Shown in pieces: positions 28,673-34,867 of a stretch of 34,867 bases of DNA (positions within the stretch are counted from its first letter, which is position 1; each line of letters begins with the position of its first letter). Made by a program: the position numbers and the translations under genes. Source of the stretch: Bacteroidota bacterium (GTDB lineage Bacteria > Bacteroidota > Bacteroidia > Bacteroidales > UBA12077); assembly GCA_051747065.1 (NCBI GenBank), contig JBNJFT010000004.1, positions 1 through 34,867 on the forward strand, in the 5' to 3' direction. The notes under the pieces are model-generated. The model was not told the DNA's origin, ran no database searches, and saw only the letters and a list, made by a program, of their open reading frames with translations.

Positions 28673-31306
28673 ATGACTTCAAAAGAAATTAGAAAAAAGT
28701 TTCTGGACTTTTTTCAGAATAAATCACATACTGTTGTTCCCTCTGCACCCATGGTAGTTAAAGACGATCCAACTTTAATGTTTATCAATGCAGGGATGAA
28801 TCAATTCAAAGATGTATTTCTTGGCAATGAACAGCCAAAAGATAAACGTGTAGTGGATTCGCAGAAATGTATGAGGGTTTCAGGAAAACACAATGATCTG
28901 GAAGAAGTAGGCCATGATACCTATCATCATACAATGTTTGAAATGTTGGGGAATTGGTCATTCGGGGATTATTTTAAAGAAGAAGCTATTGCATGGGCAT
29001 GGGAATTTCTTGTTGAAGAATTGGGGATTCCGGAAGAAAGGTTTTATGCTACTGTATTTGAGGGTGATGAAAGAGATAGTCTGCAAAAGGATGAAGAATC
29101 CTATCATTTCTGGGAAAAATATCTTCCTGAAGGACGTATATTAAGCGGCTCTAAAAAAGACAACTTTTGGGAAATGGGTGATACCGGACCGTGTGGCCCA
29201 TGTTCTGAAATCCATGTCGATTTCCGTAGTGAAGAAGATCGCAAAAAAGTGCCCGGTGACCGACTCGTAAACCAGGATCATCCGGAGGTCATTGAAATCT
29301 GGAATCTTGTATTTATTCAATTCAACAGAAAAGCCGACGGAAGTCTTGAAGCTTTGCCGCAAAAACATGTGGATACAGGAATGGGATTTGAAAGGCTCTG
29401 TATGATAATGCAGAACAAGCTTTCAAATTATGATACAGATGTTTTCCAGCCGATAATACAGGAGATAGCAAAAATCTCAGGCAAACATTACGGAGATAAT
29501 GAGGCTACGGATATTGCCATGCGTGTAGTAGCCGATCATCTGAGAGCTATATCATTTTCCATTGCTGATGGACAGTTGCCTTCAAATGTGAAAGCCGGTT
29601 ATGTGATCAGACGAATCTTAAGAAGAGCCCTGAGATATGGATACAGCAACCTGGAACAAAAGGAACCCTTCATATATAAATTGGTGCCAACGTTAATTGA
29701 AGTTATGGGTGATGCCTATCCCGAACTTCAGAATCAGAAAACCCTTATAGAAAAAGTAATAAAAGAGGAAGAACAATCTTTTCTTAAAACTCTGGACACA
29801 GGCATTAAGTTGCTAAATCAGGTTATAAAAAAGACATTGGACAATAATTACAACGTAGTTGACGGTAAAACAGCCTTTGATTTGTATGATACTTATGGAT
29901 TTCCCCTGGATTTGACCGAACTTATTCTGAAAGAACATGATCTGGTTGTTAATCGCAAAGAATTTAACGAAGAGCTTGAAAAACAAAAGAAACGCTCAAG
30001 GCAAGCGGGACAGGTTGAAACAGGTGACTGGATAAAACTTCAGGAAGATGACAAAGAGGAGTTTGTAGGTTACGATTACCTGAATACTGAAGTACAAATT
30101 ACACAATATAGAAAAGTAAAGTCAAAAGGAAAAGAATTCTATCAGCTTGTATTTAATTATACGCCTTTTTATTCAGAAGCAGGTGGCCAGGTAGGCGATA
30201 CAGGATATATTGAGGCCAACGGAGAAAAGATAAATATTATAGATACAAAAAAAGAAAATAATCTTATAGTTCATTACACAAAAAAGCTTCCTTCGGATGT
30301 CTCTGCAACTTTTCGGGCTGTCGTTAGTAGGGAGGAAAGAGTGAAAACTGCTAACAATCATACAGCAACCCACTTGCTGCACCATGCATTAAGGAAAATA
30401 CTGGGCAGTCACGTAGAACAAAAAGGTTCTCTTGTTCATCCGGATTACTTACGATTTGATTTTTCTCATTTTCAGAAACTTTCAAAAGAAGAAATAAACA
30501 AAATTGAACAGGCTGTTAATCATTATATTAGAGAAAACATGCCGCTTGAAGAAAAACGGGAGATTCCGATGAAAGAGGCAAAAGAGATGGGAGCTACCGG
30601 TCTTTTCGGAGAAAAGTACGGAGACGTAGTCCGTGTCATCCGGTTTGGCGATTCTATCGAATTATGCGGAGGAACACACGTTGAAGCCACAGGACAAATC
30701 GGTTTCTTTAAAATTACTTCTGAAGCAGCAATTTCAGCAGGAATAAGGAGAATTGAAGCTATTACTGCCGATAAAGCCGAAGAATATATTTATGAAAAAT
30801 TAGACACCCTGGAGGAAATCAGAGAACTGCTGAACAATCCGAAAAATCTCCCAAAAAGTGTGGAAAAATTGGTGCAGGAGAATACATATCTTAACAAACA
30901 GGTTGAAGAGCTTCTTCAGGATAAAGTAAAAAATATAAAACAAGAGCTGGCCAATAAGAAAGAAAATATCAATGGAATTAATTTTATTGCAGATGTCGTG
31001 GAAATTGAATCGGCCGCGGCAATGAAAGACATGGCCTTTCAATTGAAAAAAGAGGTTGATAACCTGGTTCTATTCATGGGAGCTAATATAAAAGGAAAAG
31101 CGAACCTTTCTCTTATGATCTCAGAAAACCTGGTTGATGAAAAAGGCCTTAATGCAGGTAATATTATCCGTGAAGCTGCGAAGGAAATTAAAGGAGGAGG
31201 AGGCGGACAGGCATTTTATGCTACGGCGGGTGGCAAAGACCCCGATAAACTTAAGGCCGCATTGGATAAAGGGAAAAATATTATTCTTGAAAGTATGAAG
31301 CAATGA
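28673..31306 (+). CDS. alaS: Alanine--tRNA ligase
   Basis: [45 protein letters not shown] and GGGGG motifs. Confidence 0.98.
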   Translation: MTSKEIRKKFLDFFQNKSHTVVPSAPMVVKDDPTLMFINAGMNQFKDVFLGNEQPKDKRVVDSQKCMRVSGKHNDLEEVGHDTYHHTMFEMLGNWSFGDYFKEEAIAWAWEFLVEELGIPEERFYATVFEGDERDSLQKDEESYHFWEKYLPEGRILSGSKKDNFWEMGDTGPCGPCSEIHVDFRSEEDRKKVPGDRLVNQDHPEVIEIWNLVFIQFNRKADGSLEALPQKHVDTGMGFERLCMIMQNKLSNYDTDVFQPIIQEIAKISGKHYGDNEATDIAMRVVADHLRAISFSIADGQLPSNVKAGYVIRRILRRALRYGYSNLEQKEPFIYKLVPTLIEVMGDAYPELQNQKTLIEKVIKEEEQSFLKTLDTGIKLLNQVIKKTLDNNYNVVDGKTAFDLYDTYGFPLDLTELILKEHDLVVNRKEFNEELEKQKKRSRQAGQVETGDWIKLQEDDKEEFVGYDYLNTEVQITQYRKVKSKGKEFYQLVFNYTPFYSEAGGQVGDTGYIEANGEKINIIDTKKENNLIVHYTKKLPSDVSATFRAVVSREERVKTANNHTATHLLHHALRKILGSHVEQKGSLVHPDYLRFDFSHFQKLSKEEINKIEQAVNHYIRENMPLEEKREIPMKEAKEMGATGLFGEKYGDVVRVIRFGDSIELCGGTHVEATGQIGFFKITSEAAISAGIRRIEAITADKAEEYIYEKLDTLEEIRELLNNPKNLPKSVEKLVQENTYLNKQVEELLQDKVKNIKQELANKKENINGINFIADVVEIESAAAMKDMAFQLKKEVDNLVLFMGANIKGKANLSLMISENLVDEKGLNAGNIIREAAKEIKGGGGGQAFYATAGGKDPDKLKAALDKGKNIILESMKQ

Positions 31307-31324
31307 GATTTTTGGGAGGTTCGA

Positions 31325-31770
31325 TAAATATCTATAAGAACACAGAACACAGAATTCAGAATAGGCGTATTCAGAAATACTTAAGGGTTTAATTATTAGT
31401 CTATTTGCAGGACTGAGTAATAATTTTCAGCACTAAAATTAACCAAAATCATCAAAAAACGAGGTTACGGAATTATCGACATGTGAAAAAAACTCACAAA
31501 ACTTTAGGTTATTCTAATACGTATTACGAAATATATTTTGTTAACCCTTATATGCTGCAGATTTTCTCTGCTTACTGCAACTGCGACTGCTTCCTCATTA
31601 GCTAATTGAGACTTATTTTTATATTTGCCTTCACTTCTGAATTTGCCTTTTTTATCGTATTCTGAATTCTGTATTCTGTATTCTGAATTCTGTATTCTTA
31701 TAGATATTTAGCCGGTACTTCTGAAACTGCCTATATAACCAAAATTGGTCGCTACTTCTGAATATGTCTA
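31325..31770. mobile_element. Nested MITE-like repeat cluster, locus D
   Basis: End motifs at 31362-31378 (+) and at 31633-31648, 31717-31733 and 31754-31770 (inverted). Heptamer module at 31325-31362 is an inverted copy of 31659-31710. Confidence 0.72.
31659..31700. repeat. Heptamer tandem array (ATTCTGW)x6
   Basis: ATTCTGA ATTCTGT ATTCTGT ATTCTGA ATTCTGT ATTCTTA. Confidence 0.85.
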
Positions 31771-31772
31771 TC

Positions 31773-32198
31773 TCAATCGTTTACAATTAACGTATCCGTT
31801 GTGTATTGATATGGATTGCGAGTAACGAAGAATAAATTGTAACCTTTTTGAACAGGAGAAAAATCAAATGAGGTGTCCTTCGAAACTTCTTCATCGGGGC
31901 ATACTCCATGGGACTCGTAAGTACCATAAGCCTTTAATCCATAGGCTGTATCGTTTAATTCTGTAAATATAAAATGCATATCACCCCAGCATCCATTATC
32001 TACTTTGGCTGTTGCACGTATTTGGAACGTGTCTGTCACCGAAACAGCTGAGTCGGGAATTGAGAACTCCGTGATTGGAACAATATCAGTTCTTTTAACG
32101 TATGTTTCGCTCCCCGGATCACACCGGACAATAAAAATAAGAAAAAGAATGCCTAAGGAACTGATCACCGTATTCTTTAAAGAGCGTTTATGTATCAT
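31773..32198 (-). CDS. Hypothetical secreted or lipoprotein-like protein
   Basis: Basic N-terminus, hydrophobic stretch, then VRCD (atypical lipobox). Internal Cys pair (NGCW..GVCP). Confidence 0.65.
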   Translation of the reverse strand: MIHKRSLKNTVISSLGILFLIFIVRCDPGSETYVKRTDIVPITEFSIPDSAVSVTDTFQIRATAKVDNGCWGDMHFIFTELNDTAYGLKAYGTYESHGVCPDEEVSKDTSFDFSPVQKGYNLFFVTRNPYQYTTDTLIVND

Positions 32199-32206
32199 TT
32201 TAAGTT

Positions 32207-34378
32207 TTATTTTGTTTGAACATCCATTTCATCAATTAACCAGTCAACCTCACCATATTTTTCAAGGATAAAAAGCAAATATCGAATATCAGTGCTAATT
32301 GTTTTTTGCATACCTTCTTCAAACTCGATATCACCGGTCATTCCTTCCCAATTACTGTCAAAAGCCAATCCAATAAGCTCTCCTTTACCATTCAAAACAG
32401 GACTTCCTGAATTTCCGCCTGTAATGTCATTATTGGTTATAAAGCACACCCGCATTTCTCCATCTACTCCATATTGCCCGTAATCTTTATTCTTGTATAA
32501 CTTCTTCAGTTTATCAGGCACTCTAAATTCATAATTATCAGGGTCTTCTTTTTCCATAACTCCTTTAAGAGTTGTGTAATATTTATACTTTACAGCATCT
32601 TTTGCTTTATAACTGCCAGCTTTGCCATAAGTCATCCGCATAGTTGAATTTGCATCCGGGTAGAAGGTTTCGTCTTCTTTCATTTCTATCACTCCATCAA
32701 CAAAAAGCCTTTGGCCCTTTTGCAGATTTGCATCAAACTGACCTGATTTTCTATTTAGTTCTCTGTACATATCAAATACCGACTGAGAGAAAGTATATAC
32801 CGGATCGTCAGCGATAACTTCAGCCTCAGGGTCGTCAACAAACTCATCAAATTTTTCTTTATCAGTGAATACAGATTGGTTGTAGAGCTCCTCTACAAAC
32901 TCTTTCACATTTCCGTCATGCCTTTTCAGGCCCTCTGAAAAAGCCTGGGGATAGTACTTCTCATCAATATCTTCTTTGAACATTTTAAATAATGCCAGAG
33001 CAATATCTTTATCTGTAGGTTTATGATAATCCTTAAAATGTTTGTTTGCCTGGGCTTTTAAATTTTCTTTTGCGTTTTCAATCTCTTTTCGGTTAAAAAG
33101 GCGCTTAAAGAAAGACATTTCAAGTTTCTCTTTCAGTGAAGAGGCATTATTAGCAAAGCGAGTTATTTCGGGGCCAATAAGCATTGTTTCCAACACATAT
33201 TGAGAGGCATTCTTAAATTCTTCGCGGTTTTTGTAAGCTTCGCGGATTAGTTCCAGCGCTTCGCCATATTTTTCTTCTCTCTCCTCGTTTCCTGTAACCC
33301 ATTCCAGAAATTCACGCTCCAGCTCTTTTCTTTGTGAAACCAGGTCGATCCTTTTAAATCCTTCCATCTGGCCTTTGCTGTACTTCCAGTAATTGCTGGT
33401 TCCTTTATACTTAGAAGAATACATTATGCGATGCTCGGGACTCTTATTCATGATCTCTTTCATGATGTCAAGCTTTTTTCCTCGTATATTTATGCGGTTG
33501 GGGTGAGAAATTTTTTTCAGCTCTTTAATTCCGTAGGAAGTCATAAAGCGGTCGGTATTACCGGGATATCCCATAATCATGGCAAAATCGTCTTCTTCCA
33601 CGCCGTCAAGCGAAACCGGGAGGTGGTGATCAGGTTTATAAGGCACATTATCAGGAGAATATTCAGCCGGTTTTCCATCTGGCGACATATAAACACGGAA
33701 CATCGAAAAATCAGCTTTATGCCTTGGCCACATCCAGTTATCGGTTAAGCTTCCAAAGTCACCAATAGAGGTTGGAGGAGAAGCTACCAGCCTGACATCT
33801 TTAAATGTCTCATAAACCATCATGTAAAATTCGTTGCCTTCATAAAACGGCTTTACTGTAGCATTGTAATGAGTTCCTTCAACAGCTTCTTCTTCGAGTT
33901 GGTTGCTCAACTCCTTAATCTTGGCAGAACGTTCCTGTTCTGTCATATCTGCATTGAGCTGAGAATTGATTTTATCAGAAACATCTTCAATTCGCTTCAA
34001 AAACTGAACTTTCAAACCCGGATTGGGAAGTTCCTCATCCATGGAATTTGCCCAAAATCCGTTTTTCAGATAATCATTTTCAACAGAAGAATGTGATTGA
34101 ATCTGCCCATATCCGCAGTGCATATTCGTGAGTAACAATCCTTTATCCGAGATGATCTCGCCAGTACATCCACCCCCAAAAATAACGATGGCATCTTTCA
34201 GGCTCGAATTATTCACACTATAAATATCTTCCGGGCTGAGTTTTAAGCCCATTTCTGTCATTTTTCCCTGATCCAGTTTATGGAGCAGGTTAACCATCCA
34301 CATGCCTTCATCAGCCTTTGCAATGTTGGTGAACAAAACTGATGCGCTAAAGATTGCTAATAAAAAGATTTTCTTCAT
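32207..34378 (-). CDS. S46 family dipeptidyl peptidase (DPP7/DPP11 family)
   Basis: ADEGMW, GGCTG..LLLTNMHC, NWMWPRH, YPDANSTMR, NDITGGNSGSPV and AFDSNWE motifs. Confidence 0.93.
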   Translation of the reverse strand: MKKIFLLAIFSASVLFTNIAKADEGMWMVNLLHKLDQGKMTEMGLKLSPEDIYSVNNSSLKDAIVIFGGGCTGEIISDKGLLLTNMHCGYGQIQSHSSVENDYLKNGFWANSMDEELPNPGLKVQFLKRIEDVSDKINSQLNADMTEQERSAKIKELSNQLEEEAVEGTHYNATVKPFYEGNEFYMMVYETFKDVRLVASPPTSIGDFGSLTDNWMWPRHKADFSMFRVYMSPDGKPAEYSPDNVPYKPDHHLPVSLDGVEEDDFAMIMGYPGNTDRFMTSYGIKELKKISHPNRINIRGKKLDIMKEIMNKSPEHRIMYSSKYKGTSNYWKYSKGQMEGFKRIDLVSQRKELEREFLEWVTGNEEREEKYGEALELIREAYKNREEFKNASQYVLETMLIGPEITRFANNASSLKEKLEMSFFKRLFNRKEIENAKENLKAQANKHFKDYHKPTDKDIALALFKMFKEDIDEKYYPQAFSEGLKRHDGNVKEFVEELYNQSVFTDKEKFDEFVDDPEAEVIADDPVYTFSQSVFDMYRELNRKSGQFDANLQKGQRLFVDGVIEMKEDETFYPDANSTMRMTYGKAGSYKAKDAVKYKYYTTLKGVMEKEDPDNYEFRVPDKLKKLYKNKDYGQYGVDGEMRVCFITNNDITGGNSGSPVLNGKGELIGLAFDSNWEGMTGDIEFEEGMQKTISTDIRYLLFILEKYGEVDWLIDEMDVQTK

Positions 34379-34589
34379 TTTTATACTGTTTTAATTAAAT
34401 ATAATTTGGTTACACATTTATTTTCTTCTTGAATTATACAATATCTATGACCCAAACAGTGTAATAACGTTTAAAAGCGATTAAAATAGATATTTACTAT
34501 ATTGTTTTATCCTGACTCCCATTGGAATAAATTGAAAAATATAAAAAGAATTCTTAATTTCATCTTATTCCTTCCAATAGGTTTCTGAA

Positions 34590-34867
34590 TTAATGCCTGT
34601 GGTACGTTTTACTTACAATCCGCCATCCTTCTTCAAACTTATAAAGCTGCAGGTAATCTGTAAAGAGCTTTTCATCTTTTTGATAAAGCTCGATCTTCGC
34701 CATAGCTGCTTTACCTGTGACATCTATAAAGTTATACTTACAGGTGATCTTTTCTTCTTCAGGCTTATCTTCCGGGTTCTTTTCTTTTCGTTTTTTCACA
34801 CTTTCCAACCAGCTGTAGATCGGATATTTGGTAAGCATATTTTTATCATCCACACCCAAAAGATTAA
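34590..34867 (-). CDS. NTF2-like (putative lumazine-binding) protein, 5'-partial
   Basis: IDVTGKAAMAKIEL..FTDYLQLYKFEEGWRIVSK. The ORF runs to the window edge. Confidence 0.65.
   Translation of the reverse strand, partial: NLLGVDDKNMLTKYPIYSWLESVKKRKEKNPEDKPEEEKITCKYNFIDVTGKAAMAKIELYQKDEKLFTDYLQLYKFEEGWRIVSKTYHRH

Noticed and set aside
31325-31770. Possible CRISPR array at the repeat clusters
   Set aside because: The repeats are short, in mixed orientations and irregularly spaced. There is no unique-spacer periodicity and no cas gene.

Overview
AT-rich chromosomal window from a Bacteroidota (Bacteroidales/Marinilabiliales-like) bacterium. The evidence is a short region-1.1-less RpoD, TAnnTTTG promoter boxes, an S46 peptidase, and the bamA-skp-skp-murI and tatD-ansA-tRNA-Ser-exbB-X-exbD-exbD syntenies. 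Most of it is core housekeeping genes. Four things stand out. (1) A 1077-aa single-chain flavo-iron-sulfur oxidoreductase that fuses five modules usually encoded as separate subunits of proline/sarcosine/opine dehydrogenase-type complexes. (2) A TPP-riboswitch-led thiamine operon in which thiC appears to have collapsed to an unannotated 34-codon relic and thiD is absent, suggesting a thiazole-making, HMP-dependent lifestyle. (3) An unannotated family of nested, modular, non-coding MITE-like repeats with a ~17-bp end motif (TAGGCRDWTTCAGWAGT, about 12 copies) and heptamer arrays. These occupy all four convergent gene junctions in the window, and one copy truncates a glycosyltransferase-like gene. 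(4) REP-like palindromes (CCTGCCTGC..GCAGGCAGG) lying inside other repeats. No transposase, CRISPR array or prophage was seen. All family assignments come from motif recognition by eye, not database searches.
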